This document shows positions 22,901-64,000 of a DNA stretch of 64,000 nucleotides, piece after piece (the stretch's first letter is position 1; each line of letters starts with the position of its first letter). The position numbers and the translations under genes were made by a program. This DNA is from Eledone cirrhosa. Its lineage: Eukaryota. The notes under the pieces were generated by a model, which saw only the letters and a list, made by a program, of their open reading frames with translations, was not told the origin of the DNA and made no database searches. The stretch covers positions 682,001-746,000 of the forward strand of contig OZ024750.1 in the NCBI GenBank assembly GCA_964016885.1. The letters run 5' to 3'.

Positions 22901-25678
22901 GAAAATAAGTACCAGCAATAGCTGGAGGTTTAACCCTGTGATGGACTGGTGTCCTGTGTAGGGGAGAGTCTTGTACTCTCAGTTGCTTCACACCATGAAA
23001 CCGGGATAAGCACCGGCCTAACGAGCCTTCTGGTTTAAGGCAGACTTTAGACTTTTTTAGAATCTAATAATCAACTCCTTTCTTTTCCCATATTTTTCCC
23101 CCGCTACTTTAAAAACTGTAACATATAAATATAACATCACTTGCTATAAACTAACTTATATAAACTATATAAACCAATAAAAATATATTTCTACATAAAT
23201 AGGTCAAACATCCATAATAAAAAGAAGAGAAAGTGTGAAACTATGAAAGATAATTCAGATAGTCTTGAAAAAGTTGTAGAGCTGCTTATATTCTGCCCAA
23301 TCTTTTGTGGCGATGAATGCATTTCTTCAAGCATTGTTTTTTGTTTGAACTTCTCTAGAACAGTTATGAGTGAACCATTTGAAAATTAAACTTTTGTTGT
23401 TTGTGGGATGTGGAAGGACATGCCTAAAAGGCAAGTTTCAGCCACATCACTGTTTCTGATGGAAAAGGGGTGAAGTACATGTACTGCCAGGAATAAAACT
23501 GGTGGCTTAACAAGAGAGTGTGCTGTGCAGGGCAGCCCTTGAGTTTTCCACCCAACAGCCCTTCACAAAAAAATATTTCAATATAGCCTATACAGGTTTA
23601 TACAACAAACCCCATAAAAGTGTCAACCAGAGTGCCCCCTAAAACTACACTACAGCATAAAACTGGCAGAGCCTCAACCAGTCAGCTAACTGGTGGCATC
23701 AATATCTGATGAGTGTAAGAACGAAAGGGAATTGAAGAGAGATGCATGTCTTCAGTTCAGGGAGAGACATGATTGAAGTGTTGTTGGTGATTTGAGGAGT
23801 TCAAAGAGTAATAGCATGAGTTGATGTACCTGAAGATGACAAAGAGAGACTTTGAGCAGGTGTAACTGGAAGTTTTTGTTGGAGAGTGACAAAGAGAGTA
23901 GAATCTATACAGATAACACCATTCAGAATGACATTTGAATAAAGTATGTAGCCTAGTTAACAAAGATGGGTTAAGATAGGGATTGAGAAATTAGTATCCC
24001 AGAAAGGAATAGGATGTGGGAATCATATGTGAGTAAAAGGTTTCACACAGGTGGGGAAATTGCAGAGTCATTAGAAATGTCTAATAAATTGCTTTGCAGT
24101 ATTCATAGCAACTCTCTACAATCCGAGTTCAAACTCAGCCAAGGTCAACTTGGCTTTTTATCCTTTCAAGGTCAATAAAAGAAAACAAAATACCAGTCTC
24201 TGGAGCCAATTCTTCCTCTATATCTCTTTATCACTTCCTCTCTCTCCTTTTCTAAAAGAAATTGGCTGTATTCAGAACTGGAGAGGGGATGGGCTCTGCC
24301 AGGTTTTTAAAAATGTCCAAGGTTCATTGTATGCCACTACGACACTCCTACAACTCTATCAAGGTACATTTGAGAATTTAGTGTATGCAATATTTTGCAT
24401 TTATTGAAGTTGGGTTAATTTTTCAATGATATTAGTGACAGGCTAATATTGCTTATCAGTCTAGACAAAACTCTGCTTTGACAAGTTTATGACATGAAGA
24501 TAACAAATCAAATCTTGCACAGCGCAGCATATAAAGTGTTATTTAATCTGTTGAGGAACTATCATACAGTCACTTTGGCCACAGAGTTTTGGAATTTGCT
24601 AGTTATATAGAACTCATTGGGAACGTCTGTCAAAATGTTGCAGGCTGGTTGGTTGAACAATTGTTGTATTTGCAGAGGTTGTAAATAATTGAGTCACTAT
24701 GGTTGCATATATTGTAAACTATCTGAGCAAACAAGATATTTACTAACAGTTACTCAACCTACTCAATGTAGCAACCAAATATCTTTCAAATATTTCCAAA
24801 ATGTGAAACTACCTATGAAAAGGGTTTAATAGTTTCATTACTCTCTCTAATGTGATACACTGACTATGTGTTGCAATTAATTTCTAAAATAATAAAATAT
24901 TTGGTGGGATTTGATAAAATAACTCACTCTTGCCTTAGTAAGCTGATATTTAGAACAACACTTCACAAAAATTGTCATAAATTATCATAAATTATTAGAC
25001 GTAGAAACTTATCAGATATTAATCTAAGTAATAAACATTGTAAAACGAGCAGATTTATATCATAAATTCAGGAGAGTTTCAGTATCAAAAGGGTTAAGTC
25101 AAGAGCAGTAGGCTAACTTCAGAGACAGGATGAACACTGTGAGAATACTTATCAAATGGGTCCAATCTAACCAGCTGGATCATCACATTTTAACATGTTT
25201 TTCCATGATTGCATGAGTTAGACAAGTTGCCCACATAATGAAACAAGTCTGGCCAGCTGGCCGCGCCATACCTTGCTCAAACAGAACTGTAGTTTGGCTG
25301 GGATTTTTACAGCTGGATGCCCTTCCTAATACCACGTGAACCACATCAATTAGTAATATTGGTTTCTGATTTAGGCTCAAGGCCAGCAATTTTAGGGTAG
25401 AGAGAAGTCAATTATATTGACCCCCAGTGCATTACTGGTACATTATTTTATCGACCCTGTAAGGATGACAGGCAAAGTTAACCTCGGCGAGATTTGAACA
25501 CAGAACGTAAAGGGACATAACTCCATGCCATAAAGCATTTTGCTCAATGCTCTCCCGTACCAATCCACTGCCTTTGCATTAATTAGGAATATTAATGGTT
25601 GTCTCAAGATATATATATTATATATATATACATACATATACATATAATATATACATTTACATATACATATGCATATAC

Positions 25679-25745
<67 letters not shown>

Positions 25746-25756
25746 CATATACACAC

Positions 25757-25826
<70 letters not shown>

Positions 25827-27540
25827 TCATTTTATTATAAAATGAAACAGCTCTAGTCCTGTAGAAGTCACTTCTATAATAAAATCAATATAGCTATACT
25901 CTACCAACGTATTGAGTACCTTTTTTTGACGCTGCTCACCTCCCGATTTACATCGATGATGATGATGATACATTAACATACACGCGAATTCTGATTCAGG
26001 CATGCGCAGTCGATGAATCTGACCAGTTTTCTTAATCTGAACCGTAAAGTCAATGATTTCCAGAAGAGAAAAATATGTATGTGAAAAGTAAGAAAGGTAT
26101 GCACTTCATGTTTCTACCTCTTAGATCAATAATCTATAAAAATAACATTTCGTCAGATGATGAGATTTACTTCAAAAATGTTAATAGACAGTCCATAATA
26201 GATTTTATTAGTCATTTGTCCTTAACTACATCAATCGTTTACAAGATGTAACAACTATTCTCTCAGCCCGTCCTTTGTGATGTCATAGATATGTTTATAA
26301 GATTAAAACTAAGGTCCGTGTTTTACAATAAGAACTTCTTCGCTAGTCAAAACCATGATCCAATTTTTATTCGCAAGAGTTGTTATTCTATCTTGACCTT
26401 AAACATTGCCACGGATGTCTTAGTTGGCCTCAAATTACGAGAGAGAAACTTGAAAACACTCTGTTATAACACATAATTGAGTTTGCCTGTAACATCCGCC
26501 AAGTTTCCTTTTTTACTTCCTATTGATTTGTTTCATATTCATATGTAAATGATATTCACTTTTTCATACTGGTTTAGAATCACCATCACTTCCGAGAAAA
26601 GTTCGACTTCTAATTGAAATCATTTGATTTCATTTGTCAAAAACATGGACGTCAAACCTGTGTAAAATATAAAACTTTCAACTAAATATATAATAAATAG
26701 ATAGGGTTGAAATATTAGACTGCAGCCTTTGTGGCATGCCTTTGGGCAAGTTACATATCTCTGCTTGGCTAAGTCTACCTACTTCACCGTTCAGTGGTAT
26801 AAATAGCAGGAAAGACATATAGCAACAAAACAAATGATTTTTTTCAACAAAAAGCAACAGTATAATTTTTTGAAAGCCCTCTTATCTAATTAATACCTCA
26901 ACTTCTCAGCCATTGTACCTCTTTGACCACTAGAAGATTAAATATACGTGGTTACAAAAATGTGCACAATTTCTAAAGGAGTTGGGGAAAATTTATCTAC
27001 AGCTAGATTAAATATACTCGAACCATATATAGTTGTATGTATGTGGGTGTATTGGTATTATTAACCCTTTCGTTTGAAGACTGCCACCCTACTCCTGCCC
27101 TAATATGTGGTCCACCTCTTGGTTCCGGCCAACAGGATGGAGAAGACAGAGGATGACGTAGTGAAACAGCCACTCCACCTCGTAGGGCTCGCACCTGTGG
27201 GCAGCCAACTCTGTCCCGAAAGAAGTGAGGAGGGATGTGGTCCCGGGGGTTAGGGCAAAGAACGCCGGAAATCTCCACTGGTAACAGGCTCGACCACAAG
27301 AAATCAAAGAAGAAAAGGGCTGGGGAGTAAATGATGAATTTATTTACCAGGAACATATTTATCGTCAACTGCTTTCTCTGTCTTGTTCATCTGAACAGAC
27401 AGAGAACGTTGTTTCCTCCGAAACTTTCGCATTGATGTTTGAGTATTTATGTCATTAATGTACAGTCTATGTTGATTATTCAAAGACTCTGGAGTCGAAT
27501 TTGTTTCAAATTGTATACTTCCGTGAATAGGATGAATCAT
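16891..27540 (-). CDS. SOX30: SoxH/SOX30-like HMG-box transcription factor, about 485 aa; exons (minus strand) 27540-27348, 22421-22167, 21654-21307, 19974-19735, 19065-18826, 17482-17401, 16990-16891
   Basis: Spliced HMG box [69 protein letters not shown]|GWVYRP. The PGWVY(Q/R)P tail and KPY(Y/F)DE..KIK.KHR motif are recalled as typical of SOX30/SoxH. All GT-AG junctions are in phase; 1458 nt open including TAA. The first exon is less certain. Confidence 0.8.
17401..17482 (-). CDS. SOX30: SoxH exon
   Basis: Acceptor tttttttaaag (alternative tag 6 nt downstream); [28 protein letters not shown]; donor gtgagc; converts phase 1 to 2 as the last exon requires. Confidence 0.7.
17717..17940 (+). 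mobile_element. TTAA-flanked MITE, second family; copies near 1185-1341, 18123-18340(-), 34700-34937, 43871-44080(-), 55350-55563(-)
   Basis: Shared body aatactgcaaa...tagtaaagatactataaacatttgaattaacaaa...ttttctgctaaatcatta; family ends ttaactctt and aagagttaa. Confidence 0.7.
18826..19065 (-). CDS. SOX30: SoxH exon
   Basis: Acceptor ctctctcttacag; [16 protein letters not shown]...SKGSHLCQ-G|gtatct; 240 nt. Confidence 0.75.
19190..19375 (-). mobile_element. RTE LINE 3' end fragment (shorter relics near 17045-17140)
   Basis: Minus strand reads [37 protein letters not shown]. Confidence 0.65.
19735..19974 (-). CDS. SOX30: SoxH exon
   Basis: Acceptor attttcag; [14 protein letters not shown]...[24 protein letters not shown]|gtaaga; 240 nt open in phase 1 (absent from the ORF track). 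Confidence 0.8.
20223..21027 (+). mobile_element. Non-autonomous Helitron in a SoxH intron
   Basis: 5' TC(ataatc)tataaagctcagtgtgtg; 3' hairpin CCCGAGCAACGCCGGG then CTAG|T; internal tandem repeats of about 100 bp at 20522-20748. Confidence 0.75.
21307..21654 (-). CDS. SOX30: SoxH exon (HMG tail and downstream region)
   Basis: Acceptor atttgcag; [12 protein letters not shown]...NQDGS-G|gtaagt; 348 nt. Confidence 0.88.
22167..22421 (-). CDS. SOX30: SoxH HMG-box exon
   Basis: Acceptor tatttccag; GTKLPYK...[10 protein letters not shown]...KHRKDYP-G|gtaatt; 255 nt. Confidence 0.92.
25608..25826. repeat. (TA)n microsatellite; others near 33281-33650, 34943-35018, 44383-44422 and a (CA/CT)n tract at 40785-40970
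   Basis: Direct inspection; source of the YIYIYI and HTHT pseudo-ORFs. Confidence 0.95.
25940..26003 (-). CDS. SoxH possible alternative first coding exon
   Basis: ATG; [22 protein letters not shown]|gtgagc; strong donor, phase 1, in frame with the HMG exon. Confidence 0.35.
27348..27540 (-). CDS. SOX30: SoxH candidate first coding exon
   Basis: ATG at 27540 after an in-frame stop; [15 protein letters not shown]...MRKFRRKQR...DDKYVP-G|gtaaat; phase 1 matches the HMG exon. Confidence 0.6.
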
Positions 27541-29530
27541 TTTTGCGTCGTTTTCATGTAAGTCCAACGATTATATTAGAAAATACATGGACGGTCTTTT
27601 TATTTTTTTAACGTGCAATAATGTTTATTATATATGTATTGAAAAATATGCGTGCATGTGAAGAAAGGTTTATGACGATGTATAGAATTACTAAAATAAA
27701 TTACTAGATATAAAATTCCGTTTTGTCGTTTAAAAGTAAAATCGTTTTTTTTTTTCTTTTTTTTTAGGGTATTTTTAACGTTTTAGTATTTTAGAAAATC
27801 GTTTACATTCTTGACATTTTTTGTTTTGCTTTTCTCTGGTTCTCGTTTGAAATCAACGTAAAAATGATAAAAATATCAAAAACAGCCATCATTAATATTA
27901 AACTATAAAATAATAAACCGTTGAAGTCGAAGGCAGTTTGAATGTGACAGTCAAATGACTTTAAGCACGCTTCCTTTGTGTCGCGTGCCAGAACAATGGC
28001 ACTTGTTGAAACGGCCTGTTTCAATAAGAAAACAAGTGATAAAACCATTTTCCAAACTTTGGAGGGATTTTCTGGAACAAAACTAATATTTTGCTCTAAA
28101 TAATTAACTGTTAAAATAAAGAACAAGCCTTCCAGCGCCTCTCTAATAATGTGAAAACTTGTTGAATAATCTTTGGTTTTTACACTGATTTTCTATTGAA
28201 TTTAAATATGTTAGTATGATCGTGTCGGTGATAAAAAGGCGTCAGCTAATAATAATACACATGTACAGTATATATATATATATATATATAATAACAGGAG
28301 GCATGTACGGATTTACACCAGTACATACTTCCTGTTATTTTGTAATAATCAACTCGGTACTCGCACCACCAACTACACAAACGAAGACGGGTGAGCTGCA
28401 TTATGTTGAGTGCTCTCCATAATATTACATCGAGGTTGACCACACAGAATGACAAGTTCTATCCAGTGGTGAACCAAGAAACCTAAATAAATATGTATAT
28501 ATATACAATTATGTAATAAACAACATAAGATAATTAATTCACATATATATATATATATATATATACACACTTAAGCCCTTCCAATCCTAACACTGTAATG
28601 GAAGCTCTGAAGAATTAAGATTCCGATAAATATATATGTAGATATTCTCATTGAGAATCTTAAACTGGTTGGATTCACTTATTTTGAGCCATTTGGTGAC
28701 GACAGGTTCTGAATGTGAGCCAAAGCCTATTTCATGACCTGGAAAGCGATGGAGACATTGGCTACTATTACTAGCAGGTCAAATGATCAGAAGTTCACTT
28801 GAGTTAGTTTGAAGAGATTTACAGTTTGTACTTAACCAGTTCTGAATTGTTGCAAATGCAGAAATACAAGTTTAGGATACTTGATTTACTGGTAGCCGAT
28901 TTAATTGTCCTTTTGATAACTGAAGAAAAAGAAAATGTATTCATATGCATATATTGGTGTTTGAGTATCTACTAAGAAGTGCCTCTGTTTCTCTGTAAAA
29001 CTGCCTTTTTGGGTGTTTTTAAATCGATAAACTGACATTGTGCTAGAAATGTTTTTTCTAAAAATTTATTTGGGAACCTTTAATGAATAAAATGCAAGAA
29101 AATGATTACTTAGTGTAACAAAGACAATATGTGTTTCTGCTTGCACCAATTATCTCGTGAATATCCGAGAGAAAATAATCAGTACGTTCTATTATCTCCT
29201 TCAATACATCACGATTGTCACAGGCGCTATCGGTCTTCCACTTTCAGCCATTTCTTCAATATATAAACAATTCACAGAAAAGAATTAATTCACTTTTTTT
29301 TTATTGTCAATTTTCGTTGCCATTAAAGGTGGTGGATTGTCGGAATCGTTAGAGCGCCAGACAAAATGCTTTGTGCTATTTTTTCCGGCTCTTTACGTTT
29401 TGAATTAAAATCCCACCGGAGCCATCTTTACCATTCATCCTTTTGGGGTCGTCCATATAATAAGATACTTGTCTAACATTTACTGGCCTTGTACATAAAA
29501 AAAAAGAAGACATCATAACATGGTGTGCCA

Positions 29531-29775
29531 TCAGGGCCAGAATGTTCATCTCAGGCCCTAAGCCATATGATGTTTGAGACCCTTCTCTAACAAAATTCGG
29601 TTAAAATTTTTTAAAATAATTATACATGATTATTTTTTTTTTTTTATATTAATGCTAATGATAAAGAATAAATAATATATATATAATTTTTTATGAATTA
29701 GTGTTAAAGAATAAAAAATATTAAGCCCACGGGTGTGTGGCCTCTAAGCTCTAACTTATTTAGCTCATAGGTCCA
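29531..29775. mobile_element. Degenerate hAT-type MITE
   Basis: cagggcc...ggcccctaagc left end and ggcctctaagctctaacttatttagctcatagg right end around an AT-rich core. Confidence 0.4.
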
Positions 29776-30127
29776 GTAATTGATTATTATCGTTCACTAA
29801 CTTACGTCCTAATTACATATTCTTGATTATTAAATCTTAGATTAATAATAGAATTTCTGGTGGAGTTTTCAGCCGTTTGACCGGAAATTATCATATATTG
29901 GTTTCTAATTTAGGAACACAGCCAGCGATGGGGTTGGGAAAGCCGTTTAAATTGACCCTTGTACTAGACTGGTACTTTATTTTATCGACCCAGCAATGAT
30001 GAAAGGCAAAGTTGAACTCGGAACGTAAAGAGCCAGAATAAATACCGCAATGACATTTTATCTAACACTCTACCACCCTGGAATGTATCACATATTGATA
30101 ACACAATACATCAGTTGATGATGCTTA

Positions 30128-30790
30128 TTTTAAACTTGAGATCAACCCGTCCAAATCGGAAGTCGTAAATGTGAGCTACGACAAAGCTGAATTTCAAGAC
30201 ACCACATTCAGCATCTAAACCGTCCTGACTGGGATTTGGCTAACAGCGAAACACTCCGTCTACATTCTCGGCTCTCCAATCCCCCTGAAAGCCATAAGAG
30301 AGTCCTGGAGACCTGACGAGGATGACGGAGAGATTGCGCCATATTGACGTTCGAGGAACTGCTTCACCCTCCCCAAACTCCTCTTTGCGGTGTGCCTTGC
30401 CACCCTCGCGTAGATCACCTCGTCGACCTCGATGTCATCATCCGACGCTGTGCTAGATTTATCTGCAATGTTAATTTTGACAGTGAGGGCTGGCAACAGG
30501 CGAAACTCCCCGTGGAATTTTGGTGATCTCGCCCTTTGATCTACTTCTGACATGGCTCTGTCGGCCTGTCTCTCTTCAATCCCCTTCAGACTCACCCCTA
30601 CCTACGAGATCCTTCGCAAGACGGCAGAACTTGACGTGTCCTAGAATTTGGAATCAGCTCTGGCCGATTGGACTGAAGAAGGCCTGGCTGTCCCTCAGTA
30701 CATCGATGTCCAACGTAACTGGAACGGCATCAAGTACATGTCCACCTTCAGGTGGATATAGTCTTCCTTTACAGCATATTAGGAGGTAAG
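30128..30790 (+). mobile_element. Degenerate CRE-clade non-LTR retrotransposon RT fragment
   Basis: GC-rich island. Plus-strand frames give KLEINPSKSE, ILGSPI, RNCFTLPKLLF, ICNVNFDSEGWQQAKLPVEF and LAL*STSDMALSACLSS, like recalled CRE motifs (LNPSKCE; LRNCLxLPKL; WxQAxLPVxxGGLGxRS). Contains stops and frameshifts. Confidence 0.7.
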
Positions 30791-31066
30791 ATTAATTGAT
30801 AAAACAGTGAAATCGGTGGGGGCTAGAGGTTAAAAGTCTGAGTGATCCCCTCCCTTTTCCAGTCCTTTGCATCATATTAAGGGAGCAACTTTCATTGATA
30901 GCACACGGAAAAAAAAAAGACGAAGAAAGTAAATTATTCCCCACTGACTTTCTATAGATTTATCTATTTATAGTAAAATTAATTATCTAAGATCGTTTTA
31001 AAAATACATGGATTTTGTAGTTGGAACAGTTTTAAAAAAATACAGGCACCAAATGTAATTTTAAAA

Positions 31067-31253
31067 TACGAGGGTGGGCTGAAAAGTTCATAGGCTAACT
31101 ATGAAGGAGTGATGCTAGGGCTGTGAAATCTTGCATGCATTAATTTTAACTCTTCTTATTTCTTTCAATGGACTTTGTTGAAAAATAAACCTCATTTGGT
31201 CATTCCATGAGAGTATCTTGGTCAGCCTGTCAACTTTTCAGTCGACCCTCGTA
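31067..31253 (-). mobile_element. Mariner-type MITE copy
   Basis: TAcgagggtgggctgaaaagttcatagg...acttttcagtcgaccctcgTA; body inverted relative to 2735-2926. Confidence 0.85.
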
Positions 31254-31318
31254 TTTTGGTAAATTATTAGAGAATGTGACGTCACTTCAGCTTGTGGAGG
31301 ATAAATTAAATGTCCACA

Positions 31319-31356
<38 letters not shown>

Positions 31357-32349
31357 TCTCACCTTTGCTTCCTGTTGGTCTCTTTTATCAAATTAGAGAC
31401 AGATTTGTTGGAAAATAAGATAGCTCTAGCTATATATGAACCAAAACAAAATATAAACAATAGAAAGGGAAAGCATCACGAAAGACGACGGAGTGCGATG
31501 GTAGAATACTGACTTAACACGTTACAGAGATAATTGTTTCTACTTTTGGCACAAGGCCAGCAAATTACCCAGTACATTACTGGTATTTTATTTTATCGAG
31601 AATTTTATGTAAACAAACTTCAAATACGAGGACAAGGATAAAAATAAATGACATTTGACAGACAGTGAGACAAAGTATACATATAAACATTAATTAAAAA
31701 TAAGAAGCATATCTTCAAATGAAGAAATATTAATTAAACTGTTGCTTTAAATTGTATTTTTTAAGACGAGGAAAATGAGATTGTGTAACATTCATGCTTT
31801 TCCCAGGAATATTAACGGAGTAGACGATTTATATGTATGGTATAAGGAAAGGCAGTTCTGGTGCTTCTGTGACTAGAATAAAGTAAAAATACAACAAAAA
31901 GAATGAGATGACGAAATAAAATAGCCTAGCTTGGTTAATTGATAACAAGTTACATAAGTACATAGATGTAGTGGAAACGACTAATGCAGGTGAAAAGACT
32001 GAGAGGGAGGGGGGGGGGGGGACAACTGTTTCATTTATGTAATTAGACTTATATATGAGAATAGAGGGGGAGAGAAAAGCTACGAATAGAGAGATACTAA
32101 GTAAAAGAGGGAAAAACAACGGATAGATAAATACTAAGTAAAAGAGAGAGAGATGAGGATAAAGAGAAAGTAAAGTAGAGGGAGTAAATAGAAATAGTAT
32201 AGAAAATGAGAGAGTAGCAGAAGGACGGAGGTTTATGAAAAAGTATAGTGAATGTGAAGGAGGTACAGTAAGAGTTAATATAGGAGATAAAGAAGGAGGG
32301 GGAGATTACAATAGACAGCAGGAGTGGATGAAGTGGTGGATTTCGTTCT

Positions 32350-62791
<30,442 letters not shown>

Positions 62792-62870
62792 GTAAACAAT
62801 TCCGTGTTATTCTTCATCGATTTCCATTTAAAATGCAGAATGAGAATGCTTCTCTGGGGTATTTCCCTCT

Positions 62871-62986
62871 CAGTCATATAGTATTGTGACCCAACACTTC
62901 CTCTCCCACAGTGGTATGACTCCCCAGCCTTCAGTCATATAGTATTGTGACCTGACACTTCCTCTCCCACAGTGGTATGACTCCCC
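62871..62986. repeat. Tandem duplication, period about 61 bp
   Basis: cagtcatatagtattgtgacc..acacttcctctcccacagtggtatgactcccc occurs twice. Confidence 0.9.
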
Positions 62987-63574
62987 TCCCTAGTGTTGGT
63001 GCCACAATAAAAAGCACCCAGCCCACTTTGTAAAGTGGTAGTGCTGGTGTCATGATAAAATGTTCCCACACCACACTGTGAAGTCGTTGGTATTAGAAAA
63101 GGCATCCAGCTAAGGCAGATGTGATCACCTGACTAGTCAGGCCCCAGTACGTGATACCCCTCTCCCATAAAATAGAATGGGTTGGTTGGGTCATGTTTTG
63201 AAGACAGATGGTTGTGACTGAGAGGAGAGATAGATATGAATGTAGAATGAAGTAGAGGAAAAAGAAGACCAAGAAAGACATGGCAAAAGATAAAGAAGGA
63301 AATAAAAGGGGAATAGTGAGGTGGAGGATACATCTGATATAATGCAAAATGGAGAAGATTGTCATGGGGCCTACAAAGCTGATCCCTTCTTTAGCAAGAA
63401 AAGGGCCTTTAAATGCTTATTGTTGTATTCCTGTTCTTTATCACCCACTCTCTCTCTCTCTGCCCCCTCCATACACACAATGGTTGTGGTGATCAATGAG
63501 TTATATTCCATTATATATTGTCTAATATTTCCAGTTTCCCTGTCTTCCCATCTGTAATTGTTTATTTTCTTATC

Positions 63575-63750
63575 ACGTCACCTGTTATCACTGTTGACTC
63601 TAAAGTCTCTCTATCATGTCACCTGTCATCACTGTAAAGTTTCTATCATGTTGTCACCTGTCATCACTGTAAAGTCTCTATCATGTTGTCACCTGTCATC
63701 ACTGTAAAGTCTCTATCATGTTGTCACCTGTCACCAATGTAAAGTCTCTC
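63575..63750. repeat. Minisatellite of about 35 bp, 5 copies
   Basis: Unit GTCACCTGTCATCACTGTAAAGTCTCTATCATGTT. Confidence 0.9.
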
Positions 63751-64000
63751 AGTCATGTTTATTGCTAAAGTCTGATAACACAAACAGAATTATTGCTGTT
63801 GTTGATATATTATTTATTATTAATATTGTGACATATAATTACTTCCCTTTACGTTCTGAGTTCAAATCCTAACAAGGTTAGTTTTACCTCTCAGTAAAAT
63901 ACGAAGGTCAATGTAATTGACTTTCTTCCTATAAATTGTTGGCCAAAAGGAAAAATAATAATTATTTATTTATTTATTTTATTTTATTTTTTAAAACAGG

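Noticed and set aside
23706-23760. Hammerhead-like core CTGATGA-GT-gtaaga-AC-GAAA
   Set aside because: Stem II is only 2 bp and no compatible stem I/III with an NUH cleavage site can be built.
30260-30595. 111-aa minus-strand ORF as a host gene
   Set aside because: It is the antisense of a degenerate retrotransposon RT fragment on the plus strand.

Overview
AT-rich, intron-rich animal genomic DNA, not prokaryotic. The SINE, RTE and MITE repertoire and dense (TA)n, (CA)n and (ATC)n microsatellites suggest a coleoid cephalopod, probably an octopus (inference). Three spliced protein-coding genes were rebuilt by hand with consistent exon phases. (1) The last 10 exons of a RhoGAP most like ARHGAP19 (+, 1-14231; 5' end outside the window). 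(2) An apparently complete SoxH/SOX30-like HMG-box gene (-, 16891-27540; 7 exons, about 485 aa) with a divergent HMG box and a possible alternative first exon. (3) The first 9 exons of TAPT1 (+, 32350-62791, continuing past the window), with a 21 kb first intron and a clear U12-type AT-AC intron at 59217-60211. Introns and intergenic DNA hold tRNA-derived SINEs, RTE and CRE LINE fragments, mariner, Tc1, pogo, piggyBac-type and hAT-type MITEs, two non-autonomous Helitrons and several minisatellites. Most ORFs in the supplied track are spurious. The least-explained signal is a dispersed element ending in a 100-125 bp palindrome whose arms co-vary between copies. Family assignments come from recalled sequence motifs, not database searches.
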